Source: a virus
Length of the DNA stretch: 64,000 bases
Strand: one strand, 5' to 3'
IMG/VR virus record: IMGVR_UViG_3300011113_000664
Location: 32,001-96,000 of that record
The position numbers were made by a program, and so were the translations under genes. A model generated the notes under the pieces. The model was not told the origin of the DNA, did not search any database, and saw only the letters and a list, made by a program, of their open reading frames with translations. Positions 35,675-46,166 of the stretch are shown here, piece after piece. Every line of letters starts with the position of its first letter. Positions within the stretch are counted from its first letter, which is position 1.

Positions 35675-38380
35675 ATGTATAAAATACGATTTATGTCAAA
35701 AAATTATTTATCGGATAAACTAAGAGCATTACCTTTCTATGATGAAGTAACAAGAGCAGGTGGTAAAATATATGCTGTTGGTGGACCTGTTAGAGATTTT
35801 ATTTTGGGTAAACAATCTAAAGATTTAGATATTATTGTTACAGGAATTGAATATGATTTATTGCAAGGTATTTTAGAAAACTATGGTAAGACTGATTTAG
35901 TTGGTAAATCATTTGGTATTATTAAATTTAAAGAAACACCGACTAGTGAAGAAATAGATGTTGCACTTCCTCGTACAGAAAAGAAAACAGGACAAGGTTA
36001 CCAAGGATTTGAAGTAACTGTTGACCCTAATATGTCAGTAGAGGATGAAATGAGAAGAAGAGATATTACCATTAATAGTTTAGCTATGGATGGTGATGGA
36101 AATATTATTGACCCATTTAATGCTCTTAATGATATAAAAAATAAAAATATTAAAGCAACATCAAATGAAAGTTTTTCGGAAGACCCATTAAGAATGTTGC
36201 GTGTTGTACAATTTGCAACAAGGTTTGGTTTTAACATTGATTCTCAAACAGAAGAAATGATTAGACAAAATGCAATGCTAATAGAAGAAATTTCTCCTGA
36301 AAGATATATTATTGAATTTGATAAAATAGTTTCAAAAGGTAACCCAACCCAAGGTGTTAAATTGCTTGTAGATTTAAATTTATTTGTACCAATATTTGGT
36401 TTTGTATATTCGGGTGATTTTAAAAACTTTGATAAAGTTAAGTCTATTGGTGAGTTTTTATATTTATGTACTTTTACACCTCAAAATTCAGCACAGAAAT
36501 TTTTTTTTGAAATTATTAAAAAAAGATTTGGTTCTGCATTAGCAGATAAGGTTAAAAAAGAAATTGAATCCTTAACAAATTTAAGTTTGTTTGGACAAGA
36601 CAAAGTTGAGAATCTTTTTACATTAATGAAGATGTATAAACTTTCTCCTGAAACAATACAAAATTCATTATTAATACCTAATGAATTAAAACAAATGGCT
36701 CAAAAATATCCAATGGATGTTAAACAACTTGATATTACAGGTATGGATATTATGGGATTAGGTTTTAAGGGTAAAGATATTGGTGATAAAATAATTGAAA
36801 TATTTAAAGCTATTTTTTCTGACCAAATACCAAATCAAAAACAATCAATAATTGATTATCTTAAAAAAAATAAACTAAATGAAAACGAATCAATGGAAAC
36901 ACCAAGAATAACATCATTTAGACAATTGGTTGAAAAATCACCAAAAGAATTAAAAGACATTTTATATTCAAACTGGCAAGCAAAACAAAATCCTAAATGG
37001 CATCCTGAAGGGAATACACTAAAACATATTATTGTTGTAACAAATAGAGCAATTAATAAACAACCATATAATATCAATTTGATATTAGCAGGTTATTTTC
37101 ATGATTTAGGTAAAATGGCGACTTATGAAATTTCACCTAAAACAGGACAACCAACTGCTTATGGGCATGAAGATGTATCTGCTGACTTAGTTAATAAATA
37201 TCAAGATTTTATTACTGAATTAGGTGGTAATCCTGAAGTGGTAAATTATATTGTAAAAAATCATATGAAAATGAAACCTACCACTTGGGATGTAATGAAA
37301 GATGCAAAGAAGGATGTTATAAAATCAAATCCTAGTTTTTCTGATTTAGAAACATTTTCAACAATTGATAAAGGTGGTTTAAATGAAAAACAAGAATTAA
37401 AAGGTGGTAAAGCAGACAAATTAACTTTGGGTAAAATTGCCGAAATACATAATATTAAAATTGAGAAATTAATACCTCAATTAAAATTAGGTATTAAGAC
37501 TGAAATGGAACATACTAATGATAAAAAACAAGCAAAGGAAATAGCATTAGACCATTTAGCTGAAAATCCAAAATACTATACAAAACTTAAAAAAGCAAAG
37601 TTAGAAGAAACTATTATTAATTCATTAAAAACATCTTTTATTGAATCTGAAAACATACCATCTAAATTAAAATCAGATGTTGAGATTGAATATCATAAAA
37701 GTTTAAATCCTTATTTCTGGTTAAACAATCATTTAAAAAGTAATATCAGAAAAAATCTTTTGAATCTTGGTAAATATTATTTTAAAAGTTTAGAATTAGA
37801 CCCAAAGGTAAAATTAAAAGATATAATTTTTACAGGTAGTTTAGCAAACTATAATTATACAGATTCATCTGATATTGACTTACATATTGTTATTGATTAT
37901 AAAGATGTGTCAGATGATGTTGATTTTGTAATGAATTATTTTTTACAAAAAAGGGCAGCATGGGAAGTATCAAATGATGTAAAGATTGGTAATTATCCTG
38001 TTGAGATATATGTTCAAGATATAAATGAACAAACTGTTGGTAAAAGTGCAATGTATTCAATACTTACTAATAAGTGGATTAAGAAACCAAAGTATAAATT
38101 ACCTGAAGTTGATAGGCATTTAGTTACACAAAAAGTTAATAAGTATTTAGATATCTTTAATAAGATATCAATGATGAAAGACTCATTAAAGAAGATTGAA
38201 AGTTATAATAAAGTACTTAAAAAGATTAAGAAAGAGCGTGGTGAAGCAACTCAAAAGGAAGGTGAATTTTCGGTAAATAATTTAGTTTTCAAAGTTTTAA
38301 GAAACAAAAAAGTATTTGATATCATTAAGGATGATAAAAAAGAAATAGTAAATAACGTATTTTCTATAAATTCTAACTAA
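35675..38380 (+). CDS. cca: Fusion: class II CCA-adding/poly(A) polymerase + HD domain + DUF5661-like + pol-beta-type nucleotidyltransferase
   Basis: VGGPVRD..DLD, RRDITIN, EDPLRMLR; HPEG...FHDLGK...GHE; GIKTEMEHT...IALDHLAENPKYY; TGSLANYNY...DIDLH. Confidence 0.85.
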   Translation: MYKIRFMSKNYLSDKLRALPFYDEVTRAGGKIYAVGGPVRDFILGKQSKDLDIIVTGIEYDLLQGILENYGKTDLVGKSFGIIKFKETPTSEEIDVALPRTEKKTGQGYQGFEVTVDPNMSVEDEMRRRDITINSLAMDGDGNIIDPFNALNDIKNKNIKATSNESFSEDPLRMLRVVQFATRFGFNIDSQTEEMIRQNAMLIEEISPERYIIEFDKIVSKGNPTQGVKLLVDLNLFVPIFGFVYSGDFKNFDKVKSIGEFLYLCTFTPQNSAQKFFFEIIKKRFGSALADKVKKEIESLTNLSLFGQDKVENLFTLMKMYKLSPETIQNSLLIPNELKQMAQKYPMDVKQLDITGMDIMGLGFKGKDIGDKIIEIFKAIFSDQIPNQKQSIIDYLKKNKLNENESMETPRITSFRQLVEKSPKELKDILYSNWQAKQNPKWHPEGNTLKHIIVVTNRAINKQPYNINLILAGYFHDLGKMATYEISPKTGQPTAYGHEDVSADLVNKYQDFITELGGNPEVVNYIVKNHMKMKPTTWDVMKDAKKDVIKSNPSFSDLETFSTIDKGGLNEKQELKGGKADKLTLGKIAEIHNIKIEKLIPQLKLGIKTEMEHTNDKKQAKEIALDHLAENPKYYTKLKKAKLEETIINSLKTSFIESENIPSKLKSDVEIEYHKSLNPYFWLNNHLKSNIRKNLLNLGKYYFKSLELDPKVKLKDIIFTGSLANYNYTDSSDIDLHIVIDYKDVSDDVDFVMNYFLQKRAAWEVSNDVKIGNYPVEIYVQDINEQTVGKSAMYSILTNKWIKKPKYKLPEVDRHLVTQKVNKYLDIFNKISMMKDSLKKIESYNKVLKKIKKERGEATQKEGEFSVNNLVFKVLRNKKVFDIIKDDKKEIVNNVFSINSN

Positions 38381-38398
38381 TTATATTAAAATATTGTC

Positions 38399-38920
38399 AT
38401 GACTAACAAACAACTATATAATTTAATTTTTGAAAATTTTGTTCAAGCTAAGAGAGAATTAATTAGAGAAGGTTATACAAAAAAACATTTAGATGAAGTT
38501 GATTTCAATGAAATCTTTGGTAGAACTAAATCATTAATGCAAGAAAAGAAAATTGAATCTCTTAAAAGAGAAAATGAAATGCTAAAAAAACAACTTAGCA
38601 AAAAGCAAGGTTTAAAAGAAGCTGGTTCAATGAGTGCTGCCGAAATGGGTAAGCAAACAGGTGGCGCAGGTTCTGAAAGTATATGGAATTTTTTAACAAA
38701 AGTTGGTGCTAAATTAGGCAGTAAAACTGCAAAGGCTGATGTTATTGCTGATGAATTAGAAAAAAATAATCAGTTAAATAGTAGTGATATTGATAAATTC
38801 AAATTTAAATATATAAGATTTAAAAAATCAGGTTTAAATGATATGCAAGCCACAGAAAAAGCATTGGATGAATTGAGAATGCAGAATTTAGCTGAAAGTA
38901 AAAAAAGAAGAAGATATTAA
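38399..38920 (+). CDS. Late hypothetical (putative head) protein
   Basis: ACTAATTATA upstream; IFE, IRE, LKE, LAE sites. Confidence 0.7.
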   Translation: MTNKQLYNLIFENFVQAKRELIREGYTKKHLDEVDFNEIFGRTKSLMQEKKIESLKRENEMLKKQLSKKQGLKEAGSMSAAEMGKQTGGAGSESIWNFLTKVGAKLGSKTAKADVIADELEKNNQLNSSDIDKFKFKYIRFKKSGLNDMQATEKALDELRMQNLAESKKRRRY

Positions 38921-38949
38921 TAAATAAAATAGATAAAATTTATAATAAA

Positions 38950-40125
38950 ATGATTAAAAGAGCAGATGCAAGTAAAATTAGTAGAGAGAAAGCAACTAAA
39001 GAACAGATTGCTGAAAACTTTAAAAGGTTAGCTGTTGATACTGATAAAAAAGTTCAATTAAAACCTTCTCTATTAAAGATTCAAAAAACTTTGGATGGAA
39101 ATACTTTTGGTATTATTCACGAAAATAAAACTTATTACTTAAAATATACAACTAAAAAAGGAAGTACTAATCCTGCTGATTTTAAACATTTAGATGGGTT
39201 AAATGCTACTTTTGGTATTGAGAAACATAATTCTTTTGAAAAAGCAACAAATAAAATGACATTCATTTGTGAAGCACAAAATAATGCTCATAAATTAAGA
39301 TTGCTTCTTGAGAAAGATGAGGATATTACTGATGATGCTGAAACATCAGAACCTAGTGTAGATAACAAAGAAACTAAAATCACTAGTGATGAAAAAGAGC
39401 AAGACCTTATTGCATCATTAGATAAAAAAGAAACACCACCTGCTGCCCCTGCTGCTGATATGGGTGGTGTGGAAACACCTGCTGCTCCTGCTGCTGATAT
39501 GGGTGGTGTGGAAACACCTGCTGAAGAACCTGTTGATACACAACCAAAAGGAGACTCACCTAAAGATATTGCTGATGAACTTTTAGGTCCTGAAGGAATT
39601 GGTGGTGAAGAAACACCTGCTGAAGAACCTGCTACACCTGAAGGTGGTGAAGAAACACCTGCTGAAGAACCTGCTGCTGATACTACTGCTACACCTGAAG
39701 AACCTGCTGAAGAAGTTGACCCTAAAAAGGCATTTCAAGAAGCTGTTGGTAAATTAGGACAAACTATTAATGACCTTCAAGATAATGAACAATTTGATGA
39801 AAAGGACATTAAAAATGCGATGAATAGTCTTATTAGTGCTATTGGTTCTGAAGGTTTTAAAATGGTTGGTGATAAAGTTGTTGATTCTTTCATTAAAAAA
39901 ATGAAAGGTTCACAAGAAAAAATTGATACAGAAGAAACCCCTGCTGAAGAAACCCCTGCTGAAGAAGTACCTGCTGAAGAAGAATCAACTGAAAAATTAG
40001 ATGAAAATCTTTTAAGACAATTAAAAGCTGAATCTAAAAAATTATTAAAAGAACAATTACAGCAAGAAATTGAAAAAAGAAAAAGAACTATTCTAATTGA
40101 AAGTATTAAAAGAAAATTAATTTAA
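38950..40125 (+). CDS. Acidic protein with PAEE/ETPA repeats (putative prohead core)
   Basis: 39-nt tandem repeat 39439-39516; low-complexity linker. Confidence 0.75.
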   Translation: MIKRADASKISREKATKEQIAENFKRLAVDTDKKVQLKPSLLKIQKTLDGNTFGIIHENKTYYLKYTTKKGSTNPADFKHLDGLNATFGIEKHNSFEKATNKMTFICEAQNNAHKLRLLLEKDEDITDDAETSEPSVDNKETKITSDEKEQDLIASLDKKETPPAAPAADMGGVETPAAPAADMGGVETPAEEPVDTQPKGDSPKDIADELLGPEGIGGEETPAEEPATPEGGEETPAEEPAADTTATPEEPAEEVDPKKAFQEAVGKLGQTINDLQDNEQFDEKDIKNAMNSLISAIGSEGFKMVGDKVVDSFIKKMKGSQEKIDTEETPAEETPAEEVPAEEESTEKLDENLLRQLKAESKKLLKEQLQQEIEKRKRTILIESIKRKLI

Positions 40126-40126
40126 T

Positions 40127-40534
40127 ATGTTATTAATAATTTCACAAATTATACCAACTACACAAATTATTTTTGCAGCATTATCTGCAATAGTTGGTAC
40201 TATTTTAACATATGTATTTGTAATACCTGTATTACAAAATAAAATTAATGGTTTAGAGGAAGAAAGAAAAGCTCAAAAGGAAACTTTTGAAAGAATAAGT
40301 TCAGATGTTGGTGAAATTAAAACAAGAATTGCAATATTAGAAAGTTCTGATAGTAAAATGACTAAATTAATTGATGAGTTATTTGATTCTGAAAAAGAAA
40401 ATAATGATAAATTTCAAATAATGATTCAAAAAAATACTGAGGCTATTACTAAATTAGAAGCAACACTTCAAAATTTAAATGAACACACAAAAAAATTAGA
40501 CGATTTCTTTACTAGATTTTTAGAAAAGAAATAA
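40127..40534 (+). CDS. Membrane-anchored coiled-coil protein
   Basis: N-terminal TM, heptads. Confidence 0.65.
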   Translation: MLLIISQIIPTTQIIFAALSAIVGTILTYVFVIPVLQNKINGLEEERKAQKETFERISSDVGEIKTRIAILESSDSKMTKLIDELFDSEKENNDKFQIMIQKNTEAITKLEATLQNLNEHTKKLDDFFTRFLEKK

Positions 40535-40550
40535 TTTTTATTATTTATTT

Positions 40551-40988
40551 ATGGAAAAAGAATATATTAATATTGAACCTATTAAGGTTCAAGAAACCGA
40601 TTTAAAATTAGTTTATGTAAATCCTGTCGGTGAAACCCATAATGGTTCACAAAAATTAGAATTTATATTTTCAAATAATCCTGATGATTGTATTGGCCCT
40701 CAATGGGAAGATGTATGTGATTTAGGTGTTTATCCACCAAGAAAGGGATTCATTAAAAAAGTAATGGAAGTTACATCTGATTCAATTGAGTTTGATTGTA
40801 TTGTAGATTCTTCGGAATTTAGAATGCTTGATGCTGTATTTGGTGTTGTAGCACTCGCTTGGGAATATGTGGAAGATTATAGAAAGATGTCTTCGTTAAA
40901 CAAAAGTCTTGTTGTTTTTAGATATGGCGATTCATATTATGATGTTCGTGAAGTATTGAGAAACAATGATATTAAGTTTGAGGACTAA
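40551..40988 (+). CDS. Hypothetical protein
   Basis: MLDAVFGVVALAWE; directly upstream of terminase. Confidence 0.75.
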   Translation: MEKEYINIEPIKVQETDLKLVYVNPVGETHNGSQKLEFIFSNNPDDCIGPQWEDVCDLGVYPPRKGFIKKVMEVTSDSIEFDCIVDSSEFRMLDAVFGVVALAWEYVEDYRKMSSLNKSLVVFRYGDSYYDVREVLRNNDIKFED

Positions 40989-41003
40989 TTAAAATAAAAC
41001 CAC

Positions 41004-42782
41004 ATGACCAAACATGAACTAATGATGGAGTATGCCAAGTGCGCTATTGATATAGAGTACTTTGCAAAAAAATATTGTAAAGTTTGGGATAAGAAAAAAC
41101 AACAGTTTGTACCTTTTCAATTATTACCACAACAAATTCAAGTATTAGAAACTTACAAAGAAAGTAATAGAGTATTGGTTGCTAAATATCGTCAAGGTGG
41201 TATTACAACTGTAACTTGTTTATATTTAGCACATTCAATTGTTTTCAGAAAAGATATTAAAGTTGGTGTTGCTGCTAACAAATTAAAACTTGCAAAGGAA
41301 AGTATCTTTTATCAAATAGCATCTATTATTAATAATTTACCAAGAGAAATATTTAATAGAATACCAACTGATTCAGATACAAAAGAAATCAAGATTTATA
41401 ACAATGGTGCAACACTACAGGCTTTCGCAGCATCTGCCGATGGTCTTCGTGGTTTTACACCTGATATATTATTTATAGATGAAGCTGCGTTCCTTGAAGA
41501 AGGTGAAGAATTTATGTCTTCTGCATCAGGTACAATGTCAGCAGGTGGTCAGATTATATTAAACTCCACACCAAGAGGTCTTGACCCAACATATTATGCT
41601 CGTTATGAAGGAGCAAGAACAAAGAAAAATAACTTTAAAGTTGTTGAAATTAATTGGTTTGAAGACCCTCGTTATAATGAAGATTTAATTTGGATTAGGG
41701 GTGATGAATTTGTTGAGGAAAAAGACCCTGAAAAATATATGCAATTAAGAGTTAATGGTTATAGACCATCATCTTCTTGGTTTAGAGATATGTGTCAAAC
41801 ATTCAATAATGACCCAAGAAAAATTGCACAGGAATTAGAAAATAAATTCTTAGGTTCAGGTGGTAACCTTGTTGATGAGGAAACCATTATGAGAATTGAA
41901 AAGACTTGTAAAGAACCAATCAAAACAGAGTTTGATAATCACTTTTGGATTTGGGAAGAACCGATATTTGGTTATGATTATTATTTAGCTTGTGATGTTG
42001 CAAAAGGTAGTGGCGATGGTGACTACTCTACAATTCAAATATTTAAAAATGACATGGCAAACATGTTACTTGTTCAAGTTGCTGAATATCAATCAAGAGT
42101 ACCGCTTGAAGTAATGGGTGAATTATGTTTACAATATGGTGAAAAATATAATAATGCTTATGTGATTGTCGATGTTACAGGAGGTTGGGGTATATCTGTT
42201 ATTAGATATTTGGTAAATAAAAAATATAAAAAAATACATTACGATAGGCCAAGACAAAATGATGTAAAGATTCAATTAAAAAATTTACAAAGAGGTGAAT
42301 TACAACCGGGATTCACAATGAAAAATGGTGCTATTCGTGATTATGTTATTAGAGAATTTGAAAGAAGATTAAGAGAAGGTGAAGCATTAATTCATTCAAT
42401 AAGATTACTTAGTGAAATTAAAACATTTGTATTTAATGACAACACAAATAGATATGACCACATGCGTTCAGCACATGATGACTTATTAATTGCAACAGGA
42501 ATGTTATTTGCTGTTTATATGTTTTCTAAAACAATTGGAAATGAATTTAATATTTATTTGAATTATGCAAAGTCAGCAATTGTAAGGAAGGGTGATGAAT
42601 TTACAGATGCAAATGCAGAGTTTCAAAAGAAAATGCTAAGTCAAGATGGACAAGATGTAAATTATGAAAGAAAGAATGATATGATAAAGGGTAAGGATTG
42701 GTATACAAATGGTAACAGCATAGATGTACCTGAACGTCAAACACCAAAAATAAATAATAACCCTTACATATTTGTTAGATAA
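41004..42782 (+). CDS. terL: Terminase large subunit (T4 gp17-like)
   Basis: KYRQGGITT Walker A, ILFIDEAAF Walker B, NSTP, CDVAKGSGDGDYS, HDDL. Confidence 0.95.
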   Translation: MTKHELMMEYAKCAIDIEYFAKKYCKVWDKKKQQFVPFQLLPQQIQVLETYKESNRVLVAKYRQGGITTVTCLYLAHSIVFRKDIKVGVAANKLKLAKESIFYQIASIINNLPREIFNRIPTDSDTKEIKIYNNGATLQAFAASADGLRGFTPDILFIDEAAFLEEGEEFMSSASGTMSAGGQIILNSTPRGLDPTYYARYEGARTKKNNFKVVEINWFEDPRYNEDLIWIRGDEFVEEKDPEKYMQLRVNGYRPSSSWFRDMCQTFNNDPRKIAQELENKFLGSGGNLVDEETIMRIEKTCKEPIKTEFDNHFWIWEEPIFGYDYYLACDVAKGSGDGDYSTIQIFKNDMANMLLVQVAEYQSRVPLEVMGELCLQYGEKYNNAYVIVDVTGGWGISVIRYLVNKKYKKIHYDRPRQNDVKIQLKNLQRGELQPGFTMKNGAIRDYVIREFERRLREGEALIHSIRLLSEIKTFVFNDNTNRYDHMRSAHDDLLIATGMLFAVYMFSKTIGNEFNIYLNYAKSAIVRKGDEFTDANAEFQKKMLSQDGQDVNYERKNDMIKGKDWYTNGNSIDVPERQTPKINNNPYIFVR

Positions 42783-42823
42783 AATATTTATATCTATTTA
42801 AAAGAAACGTATTTTAATTAGAT

Positions 42824-44632
42824 ATGGCAGAAGATAATAAAGGTCTATTTTCAAATATTAATACTTTCTTTAGAAGAGCAACCGATGCTTTAGATAGTAC
42901 GCAAGGTAGGCTTGAAGCACCTGTAGAAAAACAATTTATAACAGCAGCTTCTCAAGAAGATGCAATTAAAACAGCAGTAGAAGATGGTGCTATAAAATTT
43001 TATAGAGGTCAAAGTACTAAAATTGATAGAGGAAACGACCAACGCAAGTTGATGTATGAATCTAGTAGAATGATGCTCTACTATGATTACCTATCAATGG
43101 ATGGGTATCCGATTTTAGGTGCTGCATTAGATTTATTATCAGAAGAAGCAACAACTACTAAAAGTGATACAGGACAAATATTAAATATTTATTCATCTTC
43201 TGAAAAAGTTAGAAAAGAACTTGAAAGATTCTTTTATAAAGTTATGGATGTTAATACCAATTTATTTTATTGGTGTAGAAACATGTGTCAATATGGTGAT
43301 AACTTTGTTTATTTAGAACTTTCAAAAGAAAATGGTATTGTAGATTTTAGACAACTTGCATCTCAATTTGTTGAAAGAAATGAAAAATATGATACTAAAA
43401 ATAGATTCAGAGCATTCTTCAAATATAAAGACCCAAACTCAGGTGGTGAAGAAGAATACATGGATTATCAAGTTGCTCACTTTAGATTATTAGGAACAGG
43501 TGATAGACTTCCGTATGGTTGTAGTGTATATGAAAAAGTAAGAAGAACATATAAGCAACTCTTTATGATGGAAGATGCGATGATGGTATATCGTATTACA
43601 AGAGCAGCAGAAAGAAGAATTTATAAAGTTCCTGTTGGTAATGTTCCTCCTGAAGATGTTCCACAAATTCTTGAAGCATTTGCAAACAATGTAAAGAAAA
43701 AGAAATTAGTTGACCCTAAGACAGGTGATATTAACTTTAAATATAATATCGCATCAATGGATGAAGATATCTTTATTGCTGATAGAGGAAATTCATCAGG
43801 TAATTTTGTTGATACACTTCCTGGTGCATCTAATCTTGAAGCAATTTCTGATATTAATTATCTTCGTGATAATTTATTTACAGGTTTAGGAATCCATAAA
43901 ACATTACTTGGTTTTTCATCTGACCAAGCATCAGGTGATGGTAAAAATTTATCAATGCTTGATATTCGTTTTGCAAGAAAAGTAAATCGTATTCAACAAG
44001 CCTTACTTGGCGAACTTAATAAAATTGCAATCATCCATTTAGGACTACTTGGTGGTGATTATGAATCATATATTGATGATTTTAAATTATCACTTAATAA
44101 CCCATCAACAGCATCTGATTTATTACAACTTGAAATTTGGAAATCTAAATTAGAGGTTTATGGACAAGCTACAACACCTAATCAGAATACAGGATTAAAA
44201 CCGATGTCAGAAATGATGGCAAGAAAGAAATTCTTCCATATGTCTGAAGAAGATATTATCAATGACCTTCAAGAGCAAATGCTTGAGTCTAAGATTGGTG
44301 AAGAGGTTAAGGGTGCAGGTATGTTAATTAAAACATCAGGTGTGATGGATAAAATGATTAAATACAAAAACGCAGGATTTAAAGTTGAAGGACAACCACA
44401 AGGTGAACAACAACAAATAGATAATAGTCTTGGAGGTGGTTTAGGTGGTGCTGAAATGGGTGGTGGCGCACCTCCATTAGGCGGTGGACTTGAAGCAGGT
44501 GGTGGCGCACCTCCATTAGGGGGTGGTGAGGGTAGTTTACCACCACTAGCAGGTGGAGGAGGTGGAGCAGGTTTTTTAAGTGAAGAAATATTTAAAAAAA
44601 CTGCTGAATTAGATAGATTAATAAAAGAATAA
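42824..44632 (+). CDS. Portal protein (T4 gp20-like)
   Basis: MEDAMMVYRITRAAERRIYKVPVGN, DTLPGASNL, DIRFARKVNRIQ; Gly-rich tail. Confidence 0.93.
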   Translation: MAEDNKGLFSNINTFFRRATDALDSTQGRLEAPVEKQFITAASQEDAIKTAVEDGAIKFYRGQSTKIDRGNDQRKLMYESSRMMLYYDYLSMDGYPILGAALDLLSEEATTTKSDTGQILNIYSSSEKVRKELERFFYKVMDVNTNLFYWCRNMCQYGDNFVYLELSKENGIVDFRQLASQFVERNEKYDTKNRFRAFFKYKDPNSGGEEEYMDYQVAHFRLLGTGDRLPYGCSVYEKVRRTYKQLFMMEDAMMVYRITRAAERRIYKVPVGNVPPEDVPQILEAFANNVKKKKLVDPKTGDINFKYNIASMDEDIFIADRGNSSGNFVDTLPGASNLEAISDINYLRDNLFTGLGIHKTLLGFSSDQASGDGKNLSMLDIRFARKVNRIQQALLGELNKIAIIHLGLLGGDYESYIDDFKLSLNNPSTASDLLQLEIWKSKLEVYGQATTPNQNTGLKPMSEMMARKKFFHMSEEDIINDLQEQMLESKIGEEVKGAGMLIKTSGVMDKMIKYKNAGFKVEGQPQGEQQQIDNSLGGGLGGAEMGGGAPPLGGGLEAGGGAPPLGGGEGSLPPLAGGGGGAGFLSEEIFKKTAELDRLIKE

Positions 44633-44665
44633 TAATTTATACTATTTATATTAAACACAAAAAAA

Positions 44666-45430
44666 ATGGTAAATTTTGGTAATGTCAAGTCAAAATTAAA
44701 TAAAGCTTATTCTCAAGATTTAATTGAAAATACAAGTAATTATAAAAAACTGTATGAAGAGTTTTTAAAAACAATTAAATCATCCACTGTTCTAATGTTA
44801 GAATATACAATTTATGAGAATTTAAAAAAACATAATCTTGAATACAATGAATCACTAAGATTCATTGAAGCTAATATTTCTGCTTTATCTAAAATTGACA
44901 AAACTGAATTACTAAAAGAAAATAAAAAACTTGAAAAGTTTGATTTAAAAGAAATAGAATTATCAGAAGATAAAATTCAATTAAATCAAAACATTGAAAA
45001 TGTTATTAATGAAAGTGTGTTTAAAAAAATAACCAATGTTAATAAACTTCATGAATCTGTAAATTTTTTAATTGAATCATTAACAAAAAAAGATGAAACA
45101 AAATTAGAAAAGACAGATAAAGGATTTAAGGTTAGTCATATTTTTCATTTAGCTAAAAAGAAATTAGAAGAGAAATTTTCAAATCTTCAACCTGATGAAA
45201 TGGAAATTATTTCAACTTTTATTAAAGGTGATGAAAAAAAGAAAAAAACAGTTTTTGAAAATTATAAAAAGACAACAAAGAATTTTCTTCTAAATGAAAA
45301 AGATAATATTAGTTCAGAGGTATTAACCGAAACATTTGATTTTATTGATACTTTGGAATATGATTCTGAAACAGCTATTAATAACTTGTCCAAACTTTTT
45401 GAGATTAAAAATCTAAACTCAAACAAATAA
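44666..45430 (+). CDS. Head-region hypothetical protein
   Basis: Between portal and protease; late motif at 44641. Confidence 0.8.
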   Translation: MVNFGNVKSKLNKAYSQDLIENTSNYKKLYEEFLKTIKSSTVLMLEYTIYENLKKHNLEYNESLRFIEANISALSKIDKTELLKENKKLEKFDLKEIELSEDKIQLNQNIENVINESVFKKITNVNKLHESVNFLIESLTKKDETKLEKTDKGFKVSHIFHLAKKKLEEKFSNLQPDEMEIISTFIKGDEKKKKTVFENYKKTTKNFLLNEKDNISSEVLTETFDFIDTLEYDSETAINNLSKLFEIKNLNSNK

Positions 45431-46131
45431 TGAAAGAAATACAACTACTAAAAGAAGGACAGGAAGGATATGGTTTATTAGTAGAAACTGATGCAGGTAT
45501 TATTAGTAATGATTTAACCATAAATAATAAAAAAATATTTGAAGATTTAAATTCAAAATATAGAAGAAATGATTTTGATGGTCATTTCTATATTGATTGT
45601 AAACTTCAGGAAGCTGATGTGTTAAATCGTAATGGAAGAGTGTATCCAAGAGAAATATTAGCAAAACAAATAGATGAATATCAAAAACTTATTAATGATT
45701 ATGCAGCACTTAATGAGGCTGACCATCCCGAAAGTGTCACCATTTCTTTACAGAATATATCTCACAGAATCGCAAAAACTTGGTGGTCAGGTAATGCTGT
45801 TTTTGGAACTCTTGATATTATCGTTAGCGATTCATTCATGAGAGATGGTATTGGTTGGACAATTGGTGATAAAATTGCTCTTTACTTGCAAAGAAATCTT
45901 AAACTTGGTATTTCTTCAAGAGGATTGGGTAGTGTTAAAAAAGTAGGTGGAAAAAATATTGTTCAAAATGATTTTGAACTTATTTGTTTTGACTTAGTAG
46001 CGACACCATCTACACCTAATGCTTATTTATTTTTGGAAACAAAAAATGATACTTTAAAAGAATCTGTAGAAATACAAAACAATAATGTAAAAAAATATGA
46101 TGATTCAATAAGAAAAATAATTGGTGGTTAA
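45430..46131 (+). CDS. Prohead protease (T4 gp21-like)
   Basis: NRNGRVYP, DHP, SH, GISSRGLGS, FDLVATPST. Confidence 0.93.
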   Translation: MKEIQLLKEGQEGYGLLVETDAGIISNDLTINNKKIFEDLNSKYRRNDFDGHFYIDCKLQEADVLNRNGRVYPREILAKQIDEYQKLINDYAALNEADHPESVTISLQNISHRIAKTWWSGNAVFGTLDIIVSDSFMRDGIGWTIGDKIALYLQRNLKLGISSRGLGSVKKVGGKNIVQNDFELICFDLVATPSTPNAYLFLETKNDTLKESVEIQNNNVKKYDDSIRKIIGG

Positions 46132-46166
46132 TTTTTTTACTAATTAAATATAGATAATAAAATAAA

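Noticed and set aside
44269-44688. Pro-rich antisense ORF
   Set aside because: Shadow of the Gly-rich portal tail; the same applies to other short antisense ORFs within long genes
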